Positions 9,165 through 19,440 of a DNA stretch of 64,000 bases are shown in pieces. The notes beneath the pieces are model-generated. The model was not told where the DNA came from. It made no database searches and was given only the letters and a program-made list of their open reading frames with translations. The translations under genes were made by a program, and so were the position numbers. The stretch is taken from NCBI GenBank assembly GCA_964411375.1, contig CAYPKR010000001.1, forward strand, positions 40,227 through 104,226. The letters run 5' to 3'. Position 1 is the first letter of the stretch; the number at the start of each line of letters is the position of its first letter. Source of the stretch: an uncultured Candidatus Saccharibacteria bacterium (GTDB lineage Bacteria; Patescibacteriota; Minisyncoccia; Phycocordibacterales; UBA12088).

Positions 9165-9737
9165 TCATGCTGCAGATACGGTATCAAGACTCCACATGCC
9201 GAGCTTTATGATAGCAGCGAGAAAGGCTGCTCGACGGTCAGGAGGCGTATGAGAACTGCTTAGTCCGTGATGAAAGGATGTTGGACACCCAACCCATCTC
9301 GGATTGCGAATTTCTTTATTGCATTTGGGTATAAATGCATGAGTTGCCTGTACCGACACCAGAAACATATGCGTCCACGAGTAATCGCTTCTGGTTGATG
9401 CAATAACGCACGAATGCAATAATACTGACTCAGAAAAATCGAGATGTTGGAGTGTACCCTTACCGCATTCCTCACGGAGTTCTCTTCGAAGCACGGCCTC
9501 AAGAGAGACATCTTCTTCTTCCGGAGCACCTCCGGGAAATGTGAGTCGCGGAAATCTTTTTGGGCTATTTCCGCTATCGCACATGAAAATTGAGTCTTCG
9601 TGGCGAATGACTGCCTTGACACTGGCACGAGTGCCGGGTAGCGGTTTGCGAATCGACCTCCAGAGATCTCTTGGTATTGCTGTGAGTGAAATTGGGAGTT
9701 GGAAGTTAGAAGGGTTCTCTCTAGACTTCTTCGTCAT
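9165..9737 (-). CDS. Nudix hydrolase
   Basis: Nudix box FPGGAPEEEDVSLEAVLRRELREECG. Confidence 0.8.
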   Translation of the reverse strand: MTKKSRENPSNFQLPISLTAIPRDLWRSIRKPLPGTRASVKAVIRHEDSIFMCDSGNSPKRFPRLTFPGGAPEEEDVSLEAVLRRELREECGKGTLQHLDFSESVLLHSCVIASTRSDYSWTHMFLVSVQATHAFIPKCNKEIRNPRWVGCPTSFHHGLSSSHTPPDRRAAFLAAIIKLGMWSLDTVSAA

Positions 9738-9799
9738 TACCGCCTTCCTCGTTTGTGTTCAGATCTGAAAAAAGCCTACGTCTCATTTGGAGATGAGTC

Positions 9800-9840
9800 A
9801 AGAAACAGCCGCGGCGCCAAAGGCGCCGCGGCTGTTTCTT
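9800..9840. terminator. Long perfect hairpin after rplK
   Basis: AAGAAACAGCCGCGGCGCC-AAA-GGCGCCGCGGCTGTTTCTT. Confidence 0.75.
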
Positions 9841-9859
9841 ATTTATATTTTGAAGTCTC

Positions 9860-10282
9860 TTATTTAACCTCAACCCCCATCGATCGTGCCGTACCTGCGA
9901 TCACATTCATTGCAGCATCGACATCGTTTGCGTTAAGGTCAGGCATCTTCTTCTCTGCGATTTCGCGTAGCTGGGTCTTGTTCAATGTTCCAACCTTTGA
10001 AACCAAGTTTTTTCCAGAGCCCTTGTCCTTGCCGAGTGCTTTGAGGATCAAGGTCGATGCAGGAGAAACCTTGAGTATGAAGTCGTAGGTTCGGTCTTCG
10101 TATACCGTGATTTCAACTGGCGTGAGGTCGCCCATATTTGGACGTGTCGCTTCGTTAAATTTATTAACGAAGTCGCCAATGTTGATTCCTGCCTGTCCAA
10201 GTGCCGGACCAATAGGAGGAGCCGGGGTTGCCTTCCCCGCAGGAATGATAAGTTTGAGTTTTTTAGTGATTTTCTTTGCCAT
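9860..10282 (-). CDS. rplK: 50S ribosomal protein uL11
   Basis: [32 protein letters not shown]. Confidence 0.99.
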   Translation of the reverse strand: MAKKITKKLKLIIPAGKATPAPPIGPALGQAGINIGDFVNKFNEATRPNMGDLTPVEITVYEDRTYDFILKVSPASTLILKALGKDKGSGKNLVSKVGTLNKTQLREIAEKKMPDLNANDVDAAMNVIAGTARSMGVEVK

Positions 10283-10306
10283 ATTTTCTAGCTCGGTTAC
10301 CGTACC

Positions 10307-10852
10307 TTATATTCGCTTAACCTGCAAGAAGTCGAGCTCAACTGGGGTCTCGCGACCGAACATCGGCACCAAGACCTTGACTTTGCCGCGCTCTTCGTCG
10401 ATTTCGCCGACCTTTCCTTCAAGTTCCTTGAATGGGCCGTCAACGACAATAACTGGATCATCAATCTGGAGTTCAATCTGATGCTTCACCGTGTCAGACG
10501 ACATGCGCTTCATCAAAATGTCCACCTCCTTTTCTTCCAAAGGGACCGGATGCACGCCGGAGCCGACGAAACCGGTGACGCGCGGCGTGTTTCGAACCAA
10601 GTACCACGAATCATCGGTAACGATCATGTTGACCAAGATGTAACCGGGATAGACTTTCTCCTCTTCTTCTGCGCGCTTGCCGCCTTTAATCTTGATTTTC
10701 TTTTCAGTTGGAACAACGACTTCAAAAATTTTATCTTCCATTCCAAGCGATTCGATGCGTTGTTTCAAATTGCGCTCGACTGCTTTTTCATAGCCTGCAT
10801 AGGTGTGGATCGCGTACCACCGTCTCTCTCCCGTTGTTTCTTGTTTTGACAT
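10307..10852 (-). CDS. nusG: Transcription factor NusG
   Basis: WYAIHTYAGYE, YPGYILVNM, VRNTPRVTGFVG, KOW domain, FGRETPVEL. Confidence 0.99.
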   Translation of the reverse strand: MSKQETTGERRWYAIHTYAGYEKAVERNLKQRIESLGMEDKIFEVVVPTEKKIKIKGGKRAEEEEKVYPGYILVNMIVTDDSWYLVRNTPRVTGFVGSGVHPVPLEEKEVDILMKRMSSDTVKHQIELQIDDPVIVVDGPFKELEGKVGEIDEERGKVKVLVPMFGRETPVELDFLQVKRI

Positions 10853-10878
10853 ACCAGTTCAATACAAAGATGAATAAT

Positions 10879-11064
10879 TTAATTCAAAATAAATGTCGAG
10901 AGAATGCGGGAGAATCCGAAGTCAGCAAATCCGAGGAAGAGTGCGGCGATCAAAGAAATGGTGATAACAAGCGCGGTGTAGGTAATCGCCTGTTTCTGTG
11001 TTGGGAAAGTAACGTGTGCCAATTCTGCGCGCGTATCTTTGAGGTAATTGATGAGTCGATTCAT
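10879..11064 (-). CDS. secE: Preprotein translocase SecE
   Basis: ELAHVTFPT plus one TM helix; upstream of nusG. Confidence 0.93.
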   Translation of the reverse strand: MNRLINYLKDTRAELAHVTFPTQKQAITYTALVITISLIAALFLGFADFGFSRILSTFILN

Positions 11065-11142
11065 ATGTTTTCTCGTTATAAAAAACCGCCCCGGGGGGCT
11101 GTTCGATACGAGTAAAGATACAGGGGATTTAGGAACCTGTCA

Positions 11143-11180
11143 AGAAAGCAAAACCCCGACTTCAATCGGGGTTTTGCTTT
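11143..11180. terminator. Bidirectional terminator
   Basis: AAAGCAAAACCCCGA-CTTCAA-TCGGGGTTTTGCTTT. Confidence 0.75.
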
Positions 11181-11195
11181 CTTTGAGTACGTTTT

Positions 11196-12002
11196 TTACC
11201 AGATCTCGTACGTGATAGTAACGTAGGAAGTAATTTGATTTTGCCCAGTCTGGATTTCGGGAGCTGCCTGTAAAGCAACCGCCGAGTCCACGGTCTTCCC
11301 TCCCATTCCCATCGCATAGTATGGCATTGGTTGATTGCCGTTTTCGCTAAAGGCGAGAACTTTACCGAGACGAACACCGAGTTGTTTTGCAAGCGCCGCT
11401 CCTTTTGTTTTTGCATCAGTGATTGCTTTCTCACGCGCATCTGCCTGAAGCTTAGTATCATCATCAATCGTAAACTGGAGTCCTGAAACTGATGTTGCAC
11501 CTTTAGTCGTTGCCCCAGCAAGCAAGTCTCCTGCTTTTTCAGTATCGCGTACCTTTACCATCACGGTGTGAGATGCGGTGAAGCCTTTCAGCACCTGATT
11601 TCCTGGACGACACTCGGAAGCCGTACAAATTCCCTGTACGTATTCATAGCGAGGAGAAACATCGTAGCCAACCGTCTTGATATCTTTCTCATCGATGCCG
11701 GCTGATTTGAAATATGCAATGACTGCGTTCATTTTTTCCGTTGCAGCCTTTTCTGCTTCGGCTGCAGTTGGCTTATCTTGTGAGACGCTTGCGCTAAATG
11801 TAGCGATATCAGGAACCGCAAATACTTCGCCCGTCCCAGAAAGCGTAATCGAATGCTCCCCAGTTTCTGATCCAATGTAGTGGTATCGCTTGAGGGCGTT
11901 AATCGTAAGCACGATCAAAAATGCGGCAAGCGCAATAAGGACGAGCGTCACCATTTTGCCAAAACGGCTGGTCTGCATAAACGACGGCGATTCGCTATTC
12001 AT
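11196..12002 (-). CDS. SIMPL (DUF541) domain protein
   Basis: N-terminal TM; ITLSGTGEVFAVPDIA; AREKAITDAKTKG; EIQTGQNQITSYVTITY. Confidence 0.88.
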   Translation of the reverse strand: MNSESPSFMQTSRFGKMVTLVLIALAAFLIVLTINALKRYHYIGSETGEHSITLSGTGEVFAVPDIATFSASVSQDKPTAAEAEKAATEKMNAVIAYFKSAGIDEKDIKTVGYDVSPRYEYVQGICTASECRPGNQVLKGFTASHTVMVKVRDTEKAGDLLAGATTKGATSVSGLQFTIDDDTKLQADAREKAITDAKTKGAALAKQLGVRLGKVLAFSENGNQPMPYYAMGMGGKTVDSAVALQAAPEIQTGQNQITSYVTITYEIW

Positions 12003-12086
12003 AGGAGATAGTTATTGTTAATTGGATACGGTTAAGTATACCAGACACCCTCTCTGACGAAGTTTGTCCCCTGCTATTACAACCAA

Positions 12087-12497
12087 TCACAAAAGTAGAC
12101 TTGCGATAGAGAACGCCATCAAGGAAACCGTGAGTGAGGAGATCGTACCCCAGACCATATCGACAATGACGACTCGAAGCGGCCAATCGCGGAGCGTGGC
12201 TAAATTGGTGAGATCATACGTCGCGTACGTGAAAAATCCGAACAGACCCCCGAGAATCGCGGCACCGAGAAATGTGTGCGCAATAATCGAAGGCGAGATT
12301 GCAAAAAACATAAGGCCGATAACATATAGTACATAAAATACGATACCCGCCTTCCAGTGCGTACGATCACTCATCAAATGCCCGACTCCTTGGCGATAAA
12401 AATCACGCATCACCACACCGATCCATAGCAAATCGAGAACCGCAAATAAGGCAAGCGTGCTGAGAAAGACAATAATGTACGGAAAGATTGAGGGCAT
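12087..12497 (-). CDS. DUF2177-family membrane protein
   Basis: LDLLWIG, YATYDLTNLATLRDWP, VDMVWG. Confidence 0.85.
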   Translation of the reverse strand: MPSIFPYIIVFLSTLALFAVLDLLWIGVVMRDFYRQGVGHLMSDRTHWKAGIVFYVLYVIGLMFFAISPSIIAHTFLGAAILGGLFGFFTYATYDLTNLATLRDWPLRVVIVDMVWGTISSLTVSLMAFSIASLLL

Positions 12498-12508
12498 TCA
12501 ATAAATCA

Positions 12509-12946
12509 TTACGCGTTTTTCTTAAGCAAGTCTCTGATTTCTTCGAGCAATTTTTCTTCGCCTGATTTTTCGGGAGGGAGTGTCGGCTTCTCTTCTTCCT
12601 TGCGACGGAGACGCGTAATTAATTTAACCATGAGGAAGATTGCGATTGCAGTGATGGTGAAATCAAAAACAGTCTGGAGAAAATTTCCGTAGGTCAGCAT
12701 AATAGGCTGCGACGTAATTGCGCCTGATGCATCGAGCTTTACTCCACGAAGCGGTATCGAGAGTTCCTTGAAATTGACGCCACCGGCAAATATACCAACC
12801 AAAGGAGTAATGACGTCAGTTACCAAAGAGCTTACGATCTTACCGAACGCTGCGCCGATCACCACACCGACTGCCAAGTCGACAACATTTCCTTTAATCG
12901 CAAAGGCTTTAAATTCAGTGAAAAATCCTCGTACTTGTTTTTTCAT
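12509..12946 (-). CDS. mscL: Large-conductance mechanosensitive channel
   Basis: EFKAFAIKGNVVDLAVGVVIGAAFGKIVSSLV, LLEEIRDLL. Confidence 0.97.
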   Translation of the reverse strand: MKKQVRGFFTEFKAFAIKGNVVDLAVGVVIGAAFGKIVSSLVTDVITPLVGIFAGGVNFKELSIPLRGVKLDASGAITSQPIMLTYGNFLQTVFDFTITAIAIFLMVKLITRLRRKEEEKPTLPPEKSGEEKLLEEIRDLLKKNA

Positions 12947-12954
12947 AGTAGGTT

Positions 12955-13353
12955 TTATTTTTGAGCTACAGTTACTGCTATGGTTGCAGCGGCAGCAGTG
13001 AGCGTCATACCCCATAGTATATCAACAATCGTTACTGAAAATGTCCAACCAAGTAGCGTTGTTTGGTTGGTAAAATCATACGTTCCGTAGGCAACAAACC
13101 CGAGCAGTGCGCCATAGCGGGCGGCATTTTGTATAGATTTTTCCCTCAATGCAGGACGCGTTGCAAAAAAGAATATCCCGAATGAATAGCAAATATAAAA
13201 CAGGACGGCGCCAAGCACATTGATCGACGGCGCCATGATCGCAAAGAGGTGGCGCTCGTAAAACGCGCTCATGAGGTAGCCAACCCAGGTAATATCGCCA
13301 ACTACCAGAACCAGAAGGCCCACGAAGTAGGCCAGGAAATGCGATCTCTTCAT
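12955..13353 (-). CDS. DUF2177-family membrane protein (second paralogue)
   Basis: DITWVG, YGTYDFTNQTTLLGW, VDILWG. Confidence 0.85.
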   Translation of the reverse strand: MKRSHFLAYFVGLLVLVVGDITWVGYLMSAFYERHLFAIMAPSINVLGAVLFYICYSFGIFFFATRPALREKSIQNAARYGALLGFVAYGTYDFTNQTTLLGWTFSVTIVDILWGMTLTAAAATIAVTVAQK

Positions 13354-13360
13354 GTGACAA

Positions 13361-13912
13361 TTATACCCCTCCTTCCGATGTTTCAAATGGTGCGTACGTA
13401 TTTGGCATACCAAATGGTTTCGGGGAGAGGATAAGCATCCAATTTTGCTCATCGGTAATCTCACTACTCCACCGCGCAACAAAATCTTTGCGCGGCATTT
13501 TGACGAGTCCAAGCCATGGATCATTGATGATCACATGAAAGCGCGTGAGTCCGGTCACCACTACATAGTGGAATTGATCCCACGCTCCCCACTTCCCTTG
13601 CGGCCAATCAGGCATGAAGAGATGCACAATCGCAGGATAGCCTTTCTTTAGAAATGATCGAAGTTCATCGATCGTCGCATTCTTGTCCGCATACACCCAA
13701 AAGCCAGACGCTCTCGCTGCGTTCATCATGTTGCGATGCCAGGTGCCAATTGCTTCGTTCGTATCAGCCAACTTGGCAAGATCTTCAGCGGACTTCCGCA
13801 CGCCGAAATAGGCCAAAACCATCTGAAGCGCTGTTGGCCCGCAATAATATTCCGCCGGCTGTTTGTAGTACGGCACGGGGAGCGTATTCGTTTGTATCTG
13901 TTTCGTGGTCAT
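13361..13912 (-). CDS. Peptidase C39-like protein
   Basis: QPAEYYCGPTAL (Cys), HYVVVTG (His), NDPW (Asp). Confidence 0.85.
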   Translation of the reverse strand: MTTKQIQTNTLPVPYYKQPAEYYCGPTALQMVLAYFGVRKSAEDLAKLADTNEAIGTWHRNMMNAARASGFWVYADKNATIDELRSFLKKGYPAIVHLFMPDWPQGKWGAWDQFHYVVVTGLTRFHVIINDPWLGLVKMPRKDFVARWSSEITDEQNWMLILSPKPFGMPNTYAPFETSEGGV

Positions 13913-14034
13913 GATAAAAAGTTGCCGCGAATAACGGAACGTCGTCGTTCTCCGATGTAAAAATATTTTCGGACATGAGGAAAGTTTGTCTGAATATTTT
14001 CCTATATTCAGAATGGAACTGCAACCAAGATAGG

Positions 14035-15825
14035 TTACTCCCCTCCTCGCTTTGCCTTTGCTCGTCCTTGTTCAGTGAGAACTTGTTTACGTAGACGCAC
14101 GTTTTTTGGAGTGACTTCGAGGTATTCGTCACCATGCATGATTTCAAGTGCGCGCTCAATAGTAAGTTGCCATGCAGGAACCAAATCAATGGCTTCGTCC
14201 GCACCACTTGAGCGAACGTTCGTGAGTTGTTTTCCTTTAGTTGGATTAACGGTCATCTCTTCTCCTTTCGATGAATTACCGATAACCATTCCTTCGTACA
14301 CTTCAGTTTGCGGAATGATGTAGAGCATTCCACGATCTTGAAGATTCCAGAGTGAGAATGCGACCGCGGTTCCTGTCGCCATCGATGTCATTGAGCCAAC
14401 GTCTCGCTTCTCAATATTTCCAACATATGGACGGAATCCAATGACGCGACTTGCAAAGATTCCTTCACCTTTCGTATCAATCACAAACTGGTTCCGGTAG
14501 CCGAGAATGCCGCGCGTCGGTCCTTCAAACACCATTCGAACAGTATTTCCATGCGTTTTCATGTTGTTCATGATTGCCGCACGCTTTCCGAGTTTTTCGA
14601 TCACCACTCCCTGCGATTCACTTGGTACGTCAATGGTAATTTCTTCAAACGGCTCTGATTTAACGCCATCAATTTCTTTGATGATAACCTGTGGCTCGGA
14701 TACTTGGAGTTCATATCCTTCACGTCGCATTGTTTCAAGCAAAATTGAAATGTGGAGTTCGCCGCGACCGTACACTTTAAATACATCGTTTTGCGAAAAG
14801 TCGACTTTAAGTCCGACGTTCACTTCGAGTTCGCGCTCAAGTCGATCGCGAATTTGGCGAATGGTGACAAACTTACCGTCTTTCCCAGCGAACGGAGAAT
14901 TGTTAACGAGGAAATTGAGAACGATGGTTGGCTCATCCACCGTGATTGCGGGAAGTGCTTCGAATTCTGTTCCAGAGCCAATAGTGTCGCCAATAAAAAT
15001 TTCTGGAAGACCAGCAAGCATGATGATGTCACCTGCCGATGCTTCGTTTGTTTCAACACGTGAAAGTCCTTTGAAAGTAAACAGCTTGGTGATCCTGCCA
15101 GAAAAATTATTTCCTTGCATTCCTTTCACATTCACGACTTCACCCATTTTGATCGTACCTTCGTAAATGCGACACACTGCCATGCGTCCGAGAAAATTGT
15201 CGTATGCAAGATTAAACGGCTGCGCGCGAAGCGAAAGTGTTTCCTTCCCTGCTCCCGCATCGGGTACTTTTTCAAGAATAAGATCGAGAAGCGGTGTGAG
15301 ATCTTTTGATTCATCAGTCAAATTTTTCTTTGCAACACCGTCACGACCGATTGCGTAGATTACGGGGAAATCGCTCTGTGCATCATTCGCACCAAGATCG
15401 AGAAACAGTTCCAATACTTCTTCTTCCACGCGATCAGGATCAGCTGCTGGTTTATCGATCTTGTTGATGACAACAATTGGATGAAAGCCGAGTTCGAGTG
15501 ACTTTTTGAGAACAAAGCGTGTCTGAGGCATTGGACCTTCTTGTGCGTCCACCACCAAAATCACATCGTCAATTGAGCGAAGCACGCGCTCAACTTCCGA
15601 TCCGAAGTCTGCGTGTCCAGGCGTGTCGACAATATTTATCTTTGTTCCTTTGTATTCAACTGACGCATTTTTTGCATAGATAGTAATGCCGCGCTCTTTT
15701 TCGAGTGCATTCGAGTCCATCGACACGCCTTCAGACACGGCACCAGTCTGACGCAGGATTGCGTCAGTCAGAGTTGTCTTGCCATGGTCCACATGGGCGA
15801 TGATTGCAATGTTTCGGATTTCCAT
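14035..15825 (-). CDS. typA: Translational GTPase TypA/BipA
   Basis: [35 protein letters not shown]. Confidence 0.98.
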   Translation of the reverse strand: MEIRNIAIIAHVDHGKTTLTDAILRQTGAVSEGVSMDSNALEKERGITIYAKNASVEYKGTKINIVDTPGHADFGSEVERVLRSIDDVILVVDAQEGPMPQTRFVLKKSLELGFHPIVVINKIDKPAADPDRVEEEVLELFLDLGANDAQSDFPVIYAIGRDGVAKKNLTDESKDLTPLLDLILEKVPDAGAGKETLSLRAQPFNLAYDNFLGRMAVCRIYEGTIKMGEVVNVKGMQGNNFSGRITKLFTFKGLSRVETNEASAGDIIMLAGLPEIFIGDTIGSGTEFEALPAITVDEPTIVLNFLVNNSPFAGKDGKFVTIRQIRDRLERELEVNVGLKVDFSQNDVFKVYGRGELHISILLETMRREGYELQVSEPQVIIKEIDGVKSEPFEEITIDVPSESQGVVIEKLGKRAAIMNNMKTHGNTVRMVFEGPTRGILGYRNQFVIDTKGEGIFASRVIGFRPYVGNIEKRDVGSMTSMATGTAVAFSLWNLQDRGMLYIIPQTEVYEGMVIGNSSKGEEMTVNPTKGKQLTNVRSSGADEAIDLVPAWQLTIERALEIMHGDEYLEVTPKNVRLRKQVLTEQGRAKAKRGGE

Positions 15826-15886
15826 AATGTAAACAAAAAACGCGCGAGCGGCGTAGATGCACCATACAACATTTTACATATTTTAG

Positions 15887-16456
15887 CTATAGCACGGCAG
15901 CAAGAGTGCCGATTGCGAGTATTCCAATGACGTTGAAAAAATACGACATCAAAATAAATTGATATGTTTTGATTCCCGAAAAACCAAGCATCGTGAGACC
16001 GAGTTCATCCGGTAAGGGAGAAGCGATAATGAGCGCGCCAAAAAGTGGAAGCGCCCATTCAAAGAGTTCGGTATGAAAGAGATGGAAAAGACGCTTGTAT
16101 TTTTTCTTTTCAAAGAGAAACGCCACGTCTTTGGTGACATCGGTATGAATGAAGTGAAACAAGAAAAGATCGCCTATGACCGAACCGAGCCCGCCAATAA
16201 TTGCTACTTGCCAAAGCGGTGCTTGTTGGGAAATTTCATAGAGTGCCGCAATTGCAGGTGCAGTCGTGAAAATCGAAGTGAAAAATACTCCTGCAATGAA
16301 ACTTGCGAATATCGGTGCGTTGGCAAAATGCGCAAGAAGGTCGTGGATGACGCCACTCGTAATAATCCAGTCCCCCACCAAAAGTCCAAGTATCAAAAAG
16401 AGAAAATCGCGCTTCACACGCCTCCACGCCTCTTTCTTTCGAGGAACTCCCCGCAT
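15887..16456 (-). CDS. Conserved membrane protein (VTT/DedA-like)
   Basis: Multiple TM segments; FTSIFTTAPA and IIASPLPDELG motifs. Confidence 0.75.
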   Translation of the reverse strand: MRGVPRKKEAWRRVKRDFLFLILGLLVGDWIITSGVIHDLLAHFANAPIFASFIAGVFFTSIFTTAPAIAALYEISQQAPLWQVAIIGGLGSVIGDLFLFHFIHTDVTKDVAFLFEKKKYKRLFHLFHTELFEWALPLFGALIIASPLPDELGLTMLGFSGIKTYQFILMSYFFNVIGILAIGTLAAVL

Positions 16457-16543
16457 CAGGACTTTAGTATAGCAGTCTGTGGAAAGAGGAAGTGATGACT
16501 TTTCCTCATCATGCTATCGTTTTAGGGAAGAAATTACTCATTA

Positions 16544-17152
16544 ATGTCGAATATGAAGGTATATTACGTCGAAGCGTTTGGTACTTTTACGCTCTCACTC
16601 ATTGTTGCGCTCTCGCTTGCTGGCATGTTTCCAGTTTCAACGCCGGTGCTTGCGGCAATGACGCTCGCACTTTTTGTGTATACCGTAGGGCATGTTTCCG
16701 GTACACATATCAATCCAGCAGTAACGATTGGACTTTGGTCGATCGGAAAGATGGAAGCACGGGAAGCTTTAATGTATATCATTGCGCAATTCCTCGGTGC
16801 CGCGGCAGCATTTTTTCTCGCACAATATTTTATTCCAAGCCTCGCATACTTCCATGGTGGACCTGGACGGATTGAAGCGGCGCTCGCAGAAGGACTTGGC
16901 GCAATCTTATTTGGATTTGGTATCGCGTCAGTTGTATACGGCAAAGTATCGGATGAAATGAAAGGACTCGTTATTGGGGGTTCCCTCCTTCTTGGTATCT
17001 CACTCGCGTTTTTTGCGGGGTCCCTTGGAATTCTAAATCCTGCAGTTGCGCTCGCAGTCAATGCATTCAACTTAATGTATCTTCTCGGCCCGATTGCAGG
17101 AATGGTAATCGGTATGTGGATGTACAAACTCTTCGCGACAAATATCAAATAA
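16544..17152 (+). CDS. Aquaporin/MIP channel
   Basis: SGTHINPAVT and second LNPAVA motif; hydrophobic TM segments. Confidence 0.92.
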   Translation: MSNMKVYYVEAFGTFTLSLIVALSLAGMFPVSTPVLAAMTLALFVYTVGHVSGTHINPAVTIGLWSIGKMEAREALMYIIAQFLGAAAAFFLAQYFIPSLAYFHGGPGRIEAALAEGLGAILFGFGIASVVYGKVSDEMKGLVIGGSLLLGISLAFFAGSLGILNPAVALAVNAFNLMYLLGPIAGMVIGMWMYKLFATNIK

Positions 17153-17208
17153 AGAGATGCACTCCCAAACAAAAAACGGCAGTCGCCGTTTTTTGTTTTT
17201 TTGGTAGC

Positions 17209-17409
17209 TTATATATTCCCTATCGCGCCGTACGTGGAGATAAATGATGGTATCGCAAAAAGCAAACCGAGTAGCGGCAGAATAAATAACGCTGCGCTTC
17301 CAATCAGCATCCACAAAAAATACTTTCGCATTCGCTCAGACGATACATATACCTTGTCGAGCTTTTCAGAAAGCTCATCAAACTTTTTTTGGAGTTCTTG
17401 GTCGTTCAT
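17209..17409 (-). CDS. Small membrane protein (coiled coil + TM)
   Basis: MNDQELQKKF... with TATACT 6 nt upstream. Confidence 0.7.
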   Translation of the reverse strand: MNDQELQKKFDELSEKLDKVYVSSERMRKYFLWMLIGSAALFILPLLGLLFAIPSFISTYGAIGNI

Positions 17410-17460
17410 AAAATATAGTATAGCAAAAACAGGTACGTATCCTTTCAAAAGAAAGACATA

Positions 17461-17859
17461 TTATTTCGTATTCAGATACAAAATACTTGTTTGAAGTACG
17501 GTTGCAAACGCGCCCCAGAGTAAGTACGGAAGGAGGAGTATGAAAATAAGCGGATATGTTCCCCACACGAACCATTCAATATATAGAACCGTCAGTAACA
17601 CGACATATATGTCGAGGGTTGCTCCGATAAATGGGCTCACGCGAAGCTGGATAGGAGTATAGACAACATTCGCGATCAAATTGAGAACAAATACGAGAAA
17701 GAGCGAAAGCGGTGCGAAGCCTACCCACACCAAATAGCCGAGCCGAAGAAAGGCAATTCCAATCAGCGGATAAATAATGCTCCACGCAAGACCAAAGAAC
17801 CATGGAGGTGGAGCGAAAAATGGTTTTTTTATTGAGGAGTAGAAAGTTCGGTAGTCCAC
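17461..17859 (-). CDS. TspO/MBR family protein
   Basis: KKPFFAPPPWFFGLAWSIIY, LLLPYLLWGAFATVL; GTG start inferred. Confidence 0.88.
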   Translation of the reverse strand: MDYRTFYSSIKKPFFAPPPWFFGLAWSIIYPLIGIAFLRLGYLVWVGFAPLSLFLVFVLNLIANVVYTPIQLRVSPFIGATLDIYVVLLTVLYIEWFVWGTYPLIFILLLPYLLWGAFATVLQTSILYLNTK

Positions 17860-18074
17860 TTGCCTATTGTAATGCAGAGAAAGAAGTGGAGACAGGTACT
17901 GGGAATCGGTCACCAGTATTTTTCCTAGCGGAAAAATCTCGCGACCTCGCCTCGCCGACAAGTCTCGCTGCGCTCGCTTGTGTACCGGCTGCGGCTTCGA
18001 TTCCCGGACATAAGGCGCGCAGGCGCTTTGCTTAGTCGCCAAAAGAAAAAACGGCTTGCGCCGATTTTTCTTTT

Positions 18075-18150
18075 TGGGGCGACTACCGGGAATCGAACCC
18101 GGATTGAGAGCTCCACAAGCTCCAGTGTTGACCGTTACACCATAGTCGCC
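18075..18150 (-). tRNA. tRNA-His(GTG)
   Basis: Cloverleaf with G-1; anticodon loop TTGTGGA; GTTCGATTCCC T-arm; encoded CCA. Confidence 0.95.
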
Positions 18151-18192
18151 ATGTAGCGACAGTTATAGCAGAACTACTGATAAAAAAGAAGA

Positions 18193-18223
18193 CGCGCTGC
18201 AGTTTCTTTGAAACTGCAGCGCG
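18193..18223 (-). terminator. Terminator hairpin after the YeaH-like gene
   Basis: CGCGCTGCAGTTTC-TTT-GAAACTGCAGCGCG; A-run to the left. Confidence 0.7.
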
Positions 18224-18237
18224 TATACCCTCTCATG

Positions 18238-19440
18238 CTACGTTCCCGCAGTTGCAGGATCACGTGAGAGAAATGCTTTGAATGAAGGCCAAATATCTTC
18301 TCGGCGTTCGATTAAAACTGCTTGGAAGTTTTTTTCGTCGAGCTTGCGGAATCGCTCAAGCATCGAACTCTCGTAGTAATGAGAGCCCATCGGCTTTATT
18401 TCGCCATAGCCGAAGAGATTGCAGATTGCACAGAGTTCTCGGGCAAGCTTCATTGCCTCGTCGTTGTCCGACTCAAAATTGTCGCCGTCTGAACAATGGA
18501 AGGCATACACGTTCCAGTGATCGGGATGGTAGCGGTTCTCGATAATCTCCAGCGCTTTTTTGTATGCCGAGGAAATTAGTGTACCGCCTGACTCACCCTT
18601 GTGGAAGAATTCATCCTCATTCACTTCCTTCGCTTGCGTGTGATGCGCGATAAATACGAGCTCTATTTTGTTGTACTTAGTGCGAAGGAACCGATATAGC
18701 AGGAAAAAGAAAGCGCGGGCGAGATACTTTTTCAGCCGATCCATCGAGCCCGACGTGTCCATCATGCAGATGACGACCGCGTTCGACTCTTCCTTTTCGT
18801 CGAGGATGAGGCGTTTGAAGACTTTATGTCTCTCACGGAACGGGGAGGGACTCTCACCCTTACATCCACCCTTTTTCCACTCCCTCTGTTCATCCATTTT
18901 TCCTGCGGCCACCGTTTCTCGAACATGAGCTCTCACCGTATCCATGCGCCGCAAGCGAGCCGGGGTACCTCGTCTGGCTCTGCCTTTTACTCTTGCGAGG
19001 GTTTCAGCAACCGCCTGCTTCAAGATTTTCCGTTCGAGATCGGGAAGCTCCAGATCCTCGAACATGATATCGATGAGATCATCGAGGGTGATCTCGGTTT
19101 CGTAATAATCAACACCGGGATCATTTCCAGCAGGACCTTGACCTTTATCACCCTTACCTTTCGCATTGCCTACAACTTGGCCGGGTTTGGTGTTGCCGTC
19201 ACCCGTACCAACGCCCCCAGCGTTATCGCCAAAGACGAATCGGAATTCCCTCACGCCGCGGACAGGGACTTTAATGATCCTATCGCCCTGCTTGCCAACA
19301 ATGCCTTGTTCGGCAATGACGTCGGCAATATTTTCGCGGATTGACCTGCGAAGTTTCTCACGATGTCTCTTACGGTCGCCTGCACTCCGGTCGGAACGCA
19401 GAGCCTCTGATTCCGAATACGGTCGGAAGACAGTACTCAT
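18238..19440 (-). CDS. YeaH/YhbH (DUF444) vWA-domain protein
   Basis: FEDLELPDL, MIDAS motif MMDTSGSM, FIAHHTQAKEV, ESGGT, HCSDGDN. Confidence 0.92.
   Translation of the reverse strand: MSTVFRPYSESEALRSDRSAGDRKRHREKLRRSIRENIADVIAEQGIVGKQGDRIIKVPVRGVREFRFVFGDNAGGVGTGDGNTKPGQVVGNAKGKGDKGQGPAGNDPGVDYYETEITLDDLIDIMFEDLELPDLERKILKQAVAETLARVKGRARRGTPARLRRMDTVRAHVRETVAAGKMDEQREWKKGGCKGESPSPFRERHKVFKRLILDEKEESNAVVICMMDTSGSMDRLKKYLARAFFFLLYRFLRTKYNKIELVFIAHHTQAKEVNEDEFFHKGESGGTLISSAYKKALEIIENRYHPDHWNVYAFHCSDGDNFESDNDEAMKLARELCAICNLFGYGEIKPMGSHYYESSMLERFRKLDEKNFQAVLIERREDIWPSFKAFLSRDPATAGT

Noticed and set aside
16564-17172. 202-aa minus-strand ORF
   Set aside because: Antisense shadow of the aquaporin, which has both NPA motifs
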